From the NCBI RefSeq assembly GCF_006345805.1, contig NC_043018.1, positions 19,220,001 through 19,284,000 on the forward strand: a stretch of 64,000 bases of DNA, in the 5' to 3' direction. Numbering within the stretch: position 1 is the stretch's first letter; each line of letters begins with the position of its first letter. The notes beneath the pieces are model-generated. The model was not told where the DNA came from. It was given only the letters and a program-made list of their open reading frames with translations, and made no database searches. Source of the DNA: Octopus sinensis (taxonomy: Eukaryota). This document shows, in pieces, positions 52,108 through 64,000 of this stretch. The position numbers and the translations under genes are program-made.

Positions 52108-53859
52108 TCTGTCTGTATGTAAACTTGCAAATATATCTATATTTAAATTGTTTTTACAGACCTGATAATTGCTTATAAATAAGTTTGTAAGTTTGTATCT
52201 GTGTACATATGCTCACACACACACACACACACACACATGATAAAAGCAGACAAGTGGGTTATAATGTATTGCTACAAATGTTTTCCTAGGTGTTTTTATT
52301 GACCCATAAGAATATCGCTCAGTGACTTGCTTATTTGGTAGCCTGATGAGTTGGGAGTTACGTAACATATTACGCGATCTAAATTAATTATATTATGCGT
52401 GTGTTACAATAAAGATTCCTCCATCAAACAATTGTAGCAATACCAGACAATCCATTCGCCAGTTTTCATAATGTTTTTAGGCCACGCTTAAGTGTCTATT
52501 CATCATTGGATATTTTTGGATACAGTTGGAATTGTGGAAACCCTAACAACAGTGAACTTCCTTCATTGATGCATTCTGGGATTAGATAATGGATTATATA
52601 ACTGTTTTGCGTCATTTTGTTTAGTCAATATGTGGCGTGCTTCACTTTCATATGCCTTGATCCTTTATAACCAAAAAACTATATATATTTTGTAACAAAA
52701 AAAACTATATATGTATACACACATACGCACACATATACATACATATATAATACATACATACATACATACATATACATATACATATTTGTCAGCCTCCCCT
52801 CTCCGCGCCACTGATATTGTCCAAGGGAAAGGCAAAGGGGCCGATACAGCTTGGCATCAGTGACGTCGCAACTCATTTCTACAGCTGAGTAAACTGGAGT
52901 ACCTTGCTCATGAACACAACACAGCCCGGTCCAAGAATCGAACTCGCAACCTCACGATTGTTAACTCGACGCTCTAACCACTGAGCCATACTTAATATAT
53001 ATTTACACTATTGACAGGCAAGCTATTGCAGGTTTCGTCCGAGATAAATTTCTTACGGAGTGCTTTATTTAAAGACACAATATATAGATCAGAAGAAGAC
53101 GAAAACCGCAGTAGCTTGCTTGCGAACAGTGTTTATACATTAAATATGATACATAGATGGCTATTTTAATTTAATACTGCTTCAATTATTTACACCAGAT
53201 TATTTATTCAGTCCGGTAGCTATCTACAATATCAGTGAATGTTTCATTCCCGGTTTCCTTTATCGAAAGTGATAGGCCTCGCCTAAGCATGAGGCTGCAT
53301 GTACACGTCAATGATAAGACCAAAGAAAGCTGAACTGCATCCGGCGTTTCCGCTGACCGCTGCTGGGACAATTTTCGTCTCCATCCGATATATACTGTAT
53401 TTTTAAACATAGCACACCCACAAAAGATTTTATCTCAGATGAAAACCACAGTAATTTGCCTGTCAACAGTGAATATATCTTAATTATAGTACGTTGATGG
53501 CTATTTTAGTTCAATACTACATCGGTTACATACACTGGATTATATACAGAAGTCCTCCCTACGGGCTATACATTGCCTAAGTAAGTGGTTTTGCAAAGAG
53601 CTAAATATGATGGGACAAGTCCTAGACAATATGGAATGAGTAGCACTTTTCCCCATTCGAACAAGTCCAGAATACTTTTGGTGACTTGTGCAGTGTTTTA
53701 TTAAAGCAGTTTTCTATCCAAAGAAGTCTTCAAACAGGTAAGTTACTGACGAAGGATATCCAAAGGGATTGTTTGATTCGGCACTAAAAAGAGCTCAAAA
53801 TGAAAAATAACTCCTACAGTATTCTGCCAAATATAATCAGGTGAGGCCCCCACCCTTCA

Positions 53860-54420
53860 TAGTTGTGATACATATTCTTGATTTGGGTTTAACCACTGTA
53901 TTTCGCGGACAAGGATTTTTGTAAAGAATTCATTTCTCATCTCTACTCGCGATCCGGTTTGAAAAGTGAGGTTTGGTGTTTCCGTATATGGAGGGGTTCA
54001 CAGCAGCGAAGCTTTTGCTGGTGATTCACAGATGAAAAAAAACCTCCAAAACTTGAGGAACCTATTTTCCATACTTTAAAATATTCTTTAGTTTCATCAG
54101 ATAATTTTGAATAACCATAATGCCAACATCAACTTCGATAGAAACCTCTCTCACTGTAATAACAGGAATTCTATTTCTAAGAGTTCTCACTAGCATTTCG
54201 GCATCCATAATTCGGAAAAATTTTCTCGGCACATCAAGCAAATTGAAATTGGCACGTTTGAATTTTTCATTTCATTCGCAGCTTCATTCACTGCTAACCA
54301 AAAGCTTTATGAAAATCTCTGGTTGCTTCGCTTCCAATAAGAACCTCGATGAAATTTCTAAAGTACAATGCCACAAAAATTCTCTTTGCTAGGTTACTGC
54401 TCAACAGGAAATTTTCATGA
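53860..54420 (-). pseudogene. Decayed mariner (DD34D-type) transposase, N-terminal half
   Basis: NFNLLDVPR...ITVREVSIEVDVG...LKYGK*VPQVL (WVPHEL motif) and NRIASRDEK*ILYKN (RIVTGDEKW motif); several stops and frameshifts. Confidence 0.7.
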
Positions 54421-54706
54421 AGGGATTTTACATCAATGAATGACACCAACATTTAGGGATCTTACAACCCCTCTTCCACCCCACCAAAATGCAGAGACAA
54501 AAACAGGTTTCATACTCGTCATACAAAAGAATTTTCCTGACATATACCTCCATTTTTTACGGCCCTCATCTCGTGTTAGAGTTGCTAGGGCAATGCCGGG
54601 TTATAGGGTGTGCCTGAGGCATTGAAACCAAGCGGATCCTATCCCTCTCCAGATCTGTCTACAGCCAGAAGGGATATATATATATATATATTATATATAT
54701 ATATAT

Positions 54707-54743
<37 letters not shown>

Positions 54744-54745
<2 letters not shown>

Positions 54746-54937
54746 TTATTTTATAGAAGGAGCTTCTACAGGACTAGAACTGTTTCATTCAAAAGAAATC
54801 ACCAGGAGCTTCTGATGATTTCTTTTGAATGAAACAGTTCTAGTCCTGTAGAAGCTCCTTCTATAAAATAAATTAATTACTCTGCTATGTATTGAGTACC
54901 TTATTTACTGTGGTTAACCCCGACTCAACCCGGGACC

Positions 54938-54940
<3 letters not shown>
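54744..54940. mobile_element. Asymmetric fold-back HHR element, family E
   Basis: Inverted arms at 54744-54801 and 54816-54873, then a ~65-nt one-sided tail; (TA)n on both sides. Confidence 0.65.
54805..54858 (+). ncRNA. Hammerhead motif with damaged stem I, at a fold-back junction
   Basis: ggagctt CTGATGA t-ttc-tttt-gaa-t GAAA c-agttcta-g TC ctgtagaagctcc. The proximal part of stem I cannot pair; only ggagctt/aagctcc pairs, at an offset. Confidence 0.5.
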
Positions 54941-55000
<60 letters not shown>

Positions 55001-56880
55001 TGAGGTGAAAACATTCGACCCAAAAAGGATGTAAAGCAAATGAAGCCAACCTCGGTGGTATTTGAACTCAGAGCCTAGAGAACCGTAATGAATATCGCAG
55101 GAATATTATGGGCCGCTTTAACGACTCTGCCACTTCACCGCCTGGCAGAAATGTTAGCACGCCGGGCGAAATGCTTAGCGGTATTTCGTTTTGCCGCTAC
55201 GTTCTGAGTTCAAATTCCGCCGAGGTCAACTTTGCCTTTCATCCTTTCGGGGTCGATAAATTAAGTACCAGTTACGCACTGGGGTCGATATAATCGACTT
55301 AATTCTTTGTCTGTCCTTGTTTGTCCTCTCTATGTTTAGCCCCTTGTGGGTAGTAAGAAATATATACGTTGCTTCTCTCAACACACATTTATTTATATGT
55401 AGCCGACGTGGAAAAACAGAAGTTGAGAAAGACAATCATTCGATGGCTTGTGTGATCTCCTTGTGTAATGAGCTTCACCTAGTATGAACTGAACGTGGTG
55501 TGAGCTCTAAGGTATCACACGTATTCTGCTAGTTGTAGCAGGCACGGGATCGAATGCAAAGCAGGTTGAGACGATTTTTTAGGAATTTAGTCTGCAGAGA
55601 GCTACTACAATTCCACCCCGAGATTTACAGGAGAAGCAGAATCCGGCGGCACAAGTTCGTCGATTGTACAGCCGTATCGTTGCTTACAACAGTGATTTGC
55701 TAATATCAAGCAGCCCCTCGGATCGAAACCCGGATGTCTGGAAAGCGAAGTTGTATTCGACGTGAAAGTGGATTATGATGAGAGCAAAATTCAATAACGA
55801 AGGTGCATGACCCAGTGGTTTCAGTGCTGGACCCACGATCGCTAAATCGTGGGTTCTATTCTCAGGCCGAGCCGCGTGTTGTGTCCTTGAGCAAGGCACG
55901 CTACTTCCCGTCACTTCTGCCCACTCGGATGAAAAGGGGTTACAGCAGCTGGTGGAGCGAAATTGACGTCCTGTTCTGGAGCGGGAGGGATTTGTGCTTT
56001 CAGTGGCTTAAAAGCCACGGATAATGAAATAAGCCCCAACTTCATGGACCCAGCAGGCTCGAGACAACGCAAAAAAAAGGAAAAAAAAAACAACTTAATT
56101 TCCAGTTAAAAATCTAATGCTTTTAAAGTGCAAATTCTGACAATATTTGCGAATTTCGGTGTTAGTAATCTTCTTATTTTTCTTATTTGTTATTTATTTA
56201 TTTATTTCTAGCGCCTCCAAAAATGTATTCTAATTTCTTAAGTGTTTGTGCATTTCTGTTACATTAATTATACCTCGAAATGGACAAGGAATCTTTTCAA
56301 AAGATGTAGACAACGATTTTGACATCAATTTGTATTGACATATTTTAAGCACCTATTTTTACACGAAACGTTAATAGATAACTAAAAGCTGTCGAAGGAG
56401 CTAGAAAGAAAGAACAAAAAAAAAAAAACAACAAATAAATAAATATATAAAAAAAACGAAAATCGTGTGTTACAGTATGAGAATAATATCGAACAATCAA
56501 TAAACGAAAATTTACCTTTCCATAATATTTAGATATTTCAATGAGTCGAGCAAATCGGTTGTTGTTACAAGTACATTCAAGTACATTCAAACAAGGCGTC
56601 CAAGGGAACTGGACAAAGAACGTTCTCTTCACGCGCCAAAAAACTCAAATGTTACGAATGTTTATAAATACAAAATGTTCAACAAAAATCTCATCGGAGA
56701 AAATATTCACGCACGCACACACACACGCACGCACACACACACGCACGCACACACACACGCACGCACATACACACACTCAAAGAGACATAGTTACTTGTAG
56801 ACATACATAAACATCATATACAACATACATACATATATATATATAAATGATATATACATATCTATATCTATATCTATCTA

Positions 56881-56942
<62 letters not shown>

Positions 56943-57015
56943 TATGTATATTAAAAGTCTGTATGTGTATATATTATGTATATGTGTGTAAAGATACAAG
57001 TTATACATTAATATC

Positions 57016-57079
<64 letters not shown>

Positions 57080-57190
57080 TATATATATACATATATAATA
57101 CATATATATATTATATAATATATATATGTATGAGTCTGTGTATATGTATAAATGCATATATATGTATATATATATATATATATAAATATG

Positions 57191-57222
<32 letters not shown>

Positions 57223-57460
57223 TATATACATCCATATATCTCTCTCTGTCTCTCTCTCTTCCTGTCCCTGTCTCTCTCCCTCTCTCTTTTTGTCTCTGTC
57301 TCTCTCTTATATATATATGCGATTAGGCTGGGATATCGTCTTCAATGATTTTTAATATATTTTCGTGAACAATTTATTTCATTCAGTATTTTACCAATTG
57401 GCCAATTAGTTACATTTTTACCCAACACTGCTTACACACACACACACACGCACACACACA

Positions 57461-57499
<39 letters not shown>

Positions 57500-58758
57500 T
57501 ACACACACACACATGCACGCACACACACACGCACTCTCTCTCTCTCTGTAACACACACACATATATACACGCACACACATACACTTTCACACTCGTACAT
57601 ATTTGTGGGGAGACGAACAACTTGGCTTATATCCTCTCACAATTTAAAACAGCGCTTATACCGCTGGGAGATCCAGATGGTCTCATGTCAGGGTGCTCAG
57701 GATACCCTTAACTCTCTACAGCAGGAGAGACACAAGAAACGACGTTGAACATAGAGTTGACCTAAGACCATCAACGAATGTTGTAGTGAGGGGAAAAAAA
57801 ACCATCAATCACAATGAGAAGAACGACCCATCCATTCCAAAGGACCAAATGCAGGGTAGTGAATTGGTGGAATTATTAGAGCGTTAGGGACTAGATACCT
57901 TGTAGTATTCGTTCCAGATGTTTGCGATATGAGTTCCTGGGTAATGAAATTAATGCATTGCCATGTTTCAAATCCAGCACGCGGGTTCTTAGGTCCCGTC
58001 AGCGGAGTTCGCTCGGCTGCAAGCATTGGAGCCAGTTTTCCGGTTTGAAGATAGAAACAGCAGCCAGCCCCCAAATTTGTTATAGATCGCAACTGTACCC
58101 TCTCGGGGGATAAAGGCACTATATTCTCCTCTCTAGATATCCGAAACTAAATTTGGACAACATAATATTTAGAACATACACGATGCCTGAATAAAAGACG
58201 AGATGGTCATCGCTGGAAAGTTTTGGCGATTAGTTTACTCAATCCGAAGTTGTCCCGGAGCTAAACTAATGCAGCGATAATTGAAAAAGCAGGAGACGTC
58301 GTTACCTCATCGCCGTAATTACATGTTGTACTATGTGAATAGAATATCTCTTTATTATAGATCTCAACTGTACCCTCTCGGAGGATAAAGGCACTATATT
58401 CTCCTCTTTAGATATCCGAAACTACTATGTGAATAGAATATCTCTTTATTCTACGAACAAACTGTTGTTCGAAGCCATAATTGATAAATGTATCATCAAT
58501 GTTTCGCACTTAACAGACGCATCTTGTCTTCGAGCAGTGAGGAATATTGTTTCACGCAATGAATAACGAAATATGTATGTTGGAGGGGGCTGGGAGGTTA
58601 TGGAGCTGGGTGGGGAGGATAGAAAACAAAAACATAGTTAATAATTTCAATCTACACCTAAATGATAACTTGAACATACCCATTGATATACATACATGTA
58701 TATATATATACATACACACACACATACACACACATATATATCTATCTATCTATCTATC

Positions 58759-58790
<32 letters not shown>

Positions 58791-58929
58791 TATATATGTA
58801 TATATACATACATGCATACATATAATATATATTTGTATATGTGTATATATATATATACATATGTATATATATATGTACATATATGATATATATGTGGTAT
58901 ATATATATACATGTATATATGTATATAAT

Positions 58930-58961
<32 letters not shown>

Positions 58962-59229
58962 CCCCTATATATATATGCATATATTCATTATACTCATGCA
59001 TATACTCATGCATACATGCATATAATATATTCATAGGTATATATGTATATGCCTATGTAAATGCGTTTGCGTACATACATATATACATGTATGTGTATGC
59101 GGGTATATACACACACACATATATATCTATATATGCGATTTGAGCATGTGTGCATGCTTATCATTATAATTATACATATATTTGCCTGTTAGCGCGTATG
59201 TGTGGTGTTGTGTGTTTGTAGTGCATATA

Positions 59230-59275
<46 letters not shown>

Positions 59276-60804
59276 TAAACAGTAAAATTAAATACAGACA
59301 TGGACAAGAACATGAAACAACCACAGAGACGACACAAGAACCACAGGACGGGACATTCGAAGCCCTCAGTCATCAGTCAAGAACCAGATCATCTTAGCAT
59401 TTCGGCTGATTAATCTTGAGATTGCTCCGATATGGCCAGCCCGCCAGGGGAAATCTAAGCCAAGCGCATTAGATCCCCTGGAAGAAAGCTTCGAATGTTA
59501 CAACGAAAGGACGGAAAACGATCGAAGTACACAAACAAAAATACAGAATACGTGACACCAATAAGAATACAAAAACGTAAAAACAATAACGGTATATATA
59601 TATATACATGCATACTCAGCATCTACAACAACAAAATTCATTTTCCTTCCAATCCTGCTTTGGTTTCCATCACTTTGCTCCATCGTTTCTTTCACCACCA
59701 CCACCACCACCATCCGCCTCCCTCCTCCTCCTCTTCCTCATCATCATCATCATCATCATCGCTCCTTCTATGATATCATGGTGTCATCACGCCAGTTGTC
59801 GTTCAGTATCCTATATCAGCGCAAATCTATCACACACGATATCTCGTGTTGTACGAAGCATCCGAGGCGATAATCTTAAAACCATCATACCATTACTATC
59901 GAATATAGGCTGGCTTTACCTCTAAACATCTATGTTTCCCTTGAAGAAGCTTTTAGCAGTGATTTCCTATCGAACAATAGTAGTATAGTAGTAGTAGTAG
60001 TAGTAGTAGGATAAGAAAATATATTGATATTCAATGTGAAGAATCGTGGTATTTCTTTTTTTTAGTATTACTCAGAAATTTATTTTAGTCGACTGATATT
60101 CCTACTAAACTTCAAAGTGAAGAAAAACACGCGAATTTCTATTAAATTTGTTTCATATGGTATGTAAAAATTTTTTATTAAAAATTGTTTTTCTTGGATC
60201 GGTTAATATCGTAAAATATTAAAAACTGTCAAACGTGCTGACGTAGGAATGGCATAAAAAATAATAATTAATGTAAAAATATAATTGAAGAACTCGAGAA
60301 TTTTCTTCAAAACATTTCCCTGTGTAGATTTGCTAAAAATAACGCTGCTTCATATATGATATGACAACACGAAGATCAGAACATTTTAATATCGTAGCAA
60401 CTTGGTGCTGTCTTCATTTCTTCGCCCATTTTGGGTTTGTTTTTGGTGTATTGGGCGCATTTTTTTGGTTCAAATAAGGAGAATTATTTGGGGTGAATAT
60501 GAAAAAAAAAAAAAAAGTGTCGACGAGAATTATTAAGGTCTCAATTTCCAATTTCTCAAGAATTAATATGGATTAGTTTTCAAGTTCACAAAGAATATTA
60601 TGAATCAATTTTCAACATGGCAAGGCTTGGTATGAAGAAATTATGCTACACATGTCAAAAATAGGAAAAAAAAAAGCCTAAAAACAAAATTAAAAGGTTA
60701 AAAAAATGAAGAATTTCATTTCAAACTACTCCACTTTGATTTGAAAAAAAAAACCCCAAAAAAAACTCTCCCAAAAACATGTTGATGTTTAATTTTTTTT
60801 TTTT

Positions 60805-61130
60805 ACATAACAAAAATTTAGGGATTTTTAATGTCAGAGCAGCTTGAATTCTGTCTTCAAGTTTCAACCAATTTCTTTACTCTGTTTTTAAGTTTGCAAA
60901 TGTAGAAAATTCTTTTTTCCACATCAGGCTGCAGTAGAGTTGACGTTTCCATATGCGAAGGTTTGAAATCATTCGTAGCTTTTGACAACTAAAACGAAGA
61001 GAGATCTGTCTTATTCTGGAATACCATAAAATGATTCACTGTAGAAGCGAATTCCAAGAAATGCCTCTTGTAATACTTCAGGCTCTTTGAGCACACCATA
61101 CATTTCTCTGTTTAAGGAATTATTTATTGC
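60805..61130 (-). pseudogene. hAT transposase C-terminal (dimerization) remnant
   Basis: FSTFANLKTE*RNWLKLEDRIQAALTLKIP resembles the Buster/Charlie CExxFS...KTKxRNRL..EDDxRxAL motif. Confidence 0.5.
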
Positions 61131-61193
61131 TTTATGCGCGAAGAATTTACACTCTTCGGGCAATTTTCTCTTCTTTCTATGAATATATATCTA

Positions 61194-61268
<75 letters not shown>

Positions 61269-61630
61269 TTGCAAAAAAAAAAAAAGAAATATAACATGTG
61301 ACTTCATTGACCGAGGTTACCGTGGTCTTTTCCGTAGGCTTTTCTTTCCACGGGTAAACCTCACCTGTCCTCCCCTTTACACTTCATATTGAGATTTCTG
61401 TGATAACGATCCCTATTGATCAATTTTTTTTCCTCTCCCCCTTTTTTTTAACCCCCCCTTTTTGTTCTCTTTCTTTCCTTTTACGATCCCTTTTGATCGA
61501 ACCCCCCCTTTTTTTTTAAACCCCCAAAAGAAAAGCTCTACCTTGTAATTTGTTCTATCTGTGTGCAGCCCTGTGTGGCTAATAAAGAAAAATATCTATC
61601 TATCTATCTATCTATCTGTCTATCTATCTG

Positions 61631-61717
<87 letters not shown>

Positions 61718-61858
61718 GCCTATATATGTCTATCTGTATATCTATCTGGCTGTCGTCTGTCTGTCTATCTATCTATCCTATCTATCTATCTATCTATCTG
61801 TCATCTATCTATCTATCTATCTATCTATCTACTATCTATCTATCTATCTATTCTCTAT

Positions 61859-61897
<39 letters not shown>

Positions 61898-62119
61898 GTC
61901 TATCTATCTGTCTATCTATCTGTCTATCTATACGAGGAGGTGTTGAAATGTTCCCGGCTTTAAGGTGTCGCGAAAGGCCTGGTTGGAGGACCAACATTCC
62001 GAGTTCTTTTACACTGTTCCACAGGGAAAAGTTGTAGGTCTTAGAGCTAAAAAAAAACTGATTTTAATCTATTCGGTGCAGTGAGAGTCGCCTATCTCTC
62101 TTAGGTCAACTGTTTAAAT

Positions 62120-62410
62120 CAGTGGCTTCTAATCTTATTTTGGTTCCCGCCTCCCTTGACACCCAGGCTACATTCCTAGCGTCCCTACTCCAACTAACCA
62201 TCACAAACACAGACCTCTTCCTGAAGCAAATTGAAGGCAACTGTATTTCACAAATAAAACTTAACTTAATGAAGCCATTATTTTGATGTTTTCACATGAA
62301 TCACCACCCTATTATCGCCCTAATTTTTACATGAATCGCTTCCTCATCATCGCCCCACTTTTCTTCAACGCCCTCTTGGAACTTTCTCCGGCCCAGTTTG
62401 AGAGGCACTG
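62120..62410. mobile_element. hAT (Charlie-like) MITE
   Basis: TIRs cagtggcttctaa / ttgagaggcactg; perfect 8-bp TSD GTTTAAAT at 62112-62119 and 62411-62418. Confidence 0.85.
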
Positions 62411-62454
62411 GTTTAAATGATCACTGAAAATGAGATCATAATTTAGACTGATCA

Positions 62455-62706
62455 TCATCATCATTGTTCGACCGTGGTCGAGACAATGGAATTTACCATG
62501 CTACGCCAGACTTCACGGTCCATCATGGCATTACGGAGGTCCTGTTGCTGGATGCCTGTATCCCTGGAGATTACATCAGTGTAGGAGAGTGTGCGCCCTC
62601 TGGTATTACGAGTAGATGGCTTCCAGAGGAGAAGAGTAGAAATTACTTCTTTTTTCAGCTCTACAACAATGTCCAGCAAACTGGACTCTCCTACCTTTCA
62701 CAAGAC
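62455..62706 (-). mobile_element. RTE LINE 3' end
   Basis: RRVQFAGHCCRAEK/EVISTLLLWKP...GRTLSYTDVISRDTG...AMMDREVWRSMV...* with one frameshift and a short tga/gat tail. Confidence 0.75.
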
Positions 62707-63044
62707 TGATGGGTAAATGAGACAAAGAAGGGAATCTAAATTTAACGATGGAGACAAGAAAAAAGGCTTGGAGGTGATTCTAGAGATTAAGAGTTTAGTG
62801 CAAGTCGTCTGTTTTGAGTAAAGATGGTGATGTAAATTTAGAATTAAAGCAATATTTGTAGAAAAAAGATTTATAAAAAATATGGATTTTTAAGATTTTA
62901 CTATAATCTTAAATTTATCCAAAAGTTGTTCAAAATTTAGGTTATGCAACTCATGGTCATTATACGTAAGATATAAAGTTTCAACTGCGGTAGGCACTCT
63001 TAAAGCTTCTCACCTTACATGAGTGAAATCATACATAAAATATA

Positions 63045-63276
63045 TATTTCTTTACTACCCACAAGGGGCTAAACATAGAGGGGACAAACAAGGACAGACA
63101 AACGGATTAAGTCGATTACATCGATCCCAGTGCGTAACTGGTACTTAATTTATCGACCCCGAAATGATGAAAGGCAAAGTCGACCTCGACGGAATTTGAA
63201 CTCAGAACGTAACGGCAGACGAAATACGGCTACGCATTTCGCCCGGCGTGCTAAATGTTTCTGCCAGCTCGCCGCC
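63045..63276 (-). mobile_element. SINE family 1 copy with 14-bp TSD
   Basis: Full-length unit; TSD ATACATAAAATATA at 63031-63044 and 63279-63292. Confidence 0.85.
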
Positions 63277-63854
63277 CTATACATAAAATATAGTTTTGCT
63301 CTCATTACAATGAAGCTGTGTAAACGTCGGAAGATGTAGCATGAGGTTATAAAAACCAAAACAAAACAAAACAAAAAGAAGCAAAATAGTATTATTGTAA
63401 AAAATTGCGAATAAATAACGGAATAAGAGAATAAGATCACGAGTGCAAAACTATCTGCATACATATTGCTTTAATTCTTCCGATTTTCGGTACTATCATT
63501 GCTCAAAATCGATGCCAGAAGATCTCAGCGCTTGGAAACTGGTTTCATCAAGATTGCACATACAATGTTTACATTAACACAGATCCTCGAAGCATCATGG
63601 GATATACATCTGCACTAAACAGATTCTTCTTTTCATGATTAATGCATGCAATTCTAGGGCGAGGTTCTCATTTCGTAACCTACATCATAACGATTCATTT
63701 TCTTGTTTGTTACTTTATGATTTTTTACTCAAAACTATTCCGGAACCACGCTTATTGTCTCAGCGCTCTATGGTGAATTATCAATTGCTTGCTACCGTTA
63801 TTTCGTCATCCTCTGTTAATGACACGCATGCTCAATTCTAAACACACGTACTCT

Positions 63855-63900
<46 letters not shown>

Positions 63901-64000
63901 TAATTCACAAACACATACATAATATACAAACTATACATGCATACACACATACACAAATATATAGATATATTATATATATATATATATATTATATATATAT

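Noticed and set aside
53745-53810. CTGACGAaggatatccaaag, and a possible PLE RT-thumb-like EGYPKGLFDSALKRA
   Set aside because: The core lacks G12 and has no stem I; the peptide similarity is too short to support a call.
59341-59390. CTGATGA...cGAAt on the - strand in a repeat also seen near 42560-42700
   Set aside because: GAAT instead of GAAA, and no stem I or stem II pairing.
61931-61970. tacgaggaggtgttgaaatgttcccggcttt (similar at ~25170) and a tacggta-type end at ~34230, resembling mariner-family TIRs
   Set aside because: Only single ends were seen, and no matching partner TIR could be placed, so they were not called as features.

Overview
AT-rich, microsatellite-dense animal genomic DNA. 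The SINE content and repeat load suggest an octopod cephalopod (inference). The first 28.3 kb holds five internal + strand exons of a fumarylacetoacetate-hydrolase-domain gene (FAHD2-like; exons 183-399, 5860-5919, 14933-15095, 24792-24900, 28174-28261, all with GT-AG junctions and matching phases). Its 5' exons lie upstream of the window, and I could not find its last exon (a 100-N gap lies at 29509-29608). The rest is repeats: several tRNA-derived SINE families, RTE-LINE 3' ends, three 5'-truncated R4/Dong-like RLE retrotransposon ends in (TAA)n, decayed mariner and hAT remnants, a hAT MITE with an 8-bp TSD, and many simple repeats. The main signal is a set of about ten type I hammerhead ribozyme (HHR) motifs on both strands, from at least seven unrelated small non-coding element families. 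They include a head-to-tail ~480-bp HHR tandem array (retrozyme/circRNA candidate, 9941-11087), asymmetric fold-back elements with 11-13 bp TSDs (Penelope pLTR-like), and two sense-strand HHRs inside FAHD2 introns. All structures were paired by eye; no folding software or database search was run.
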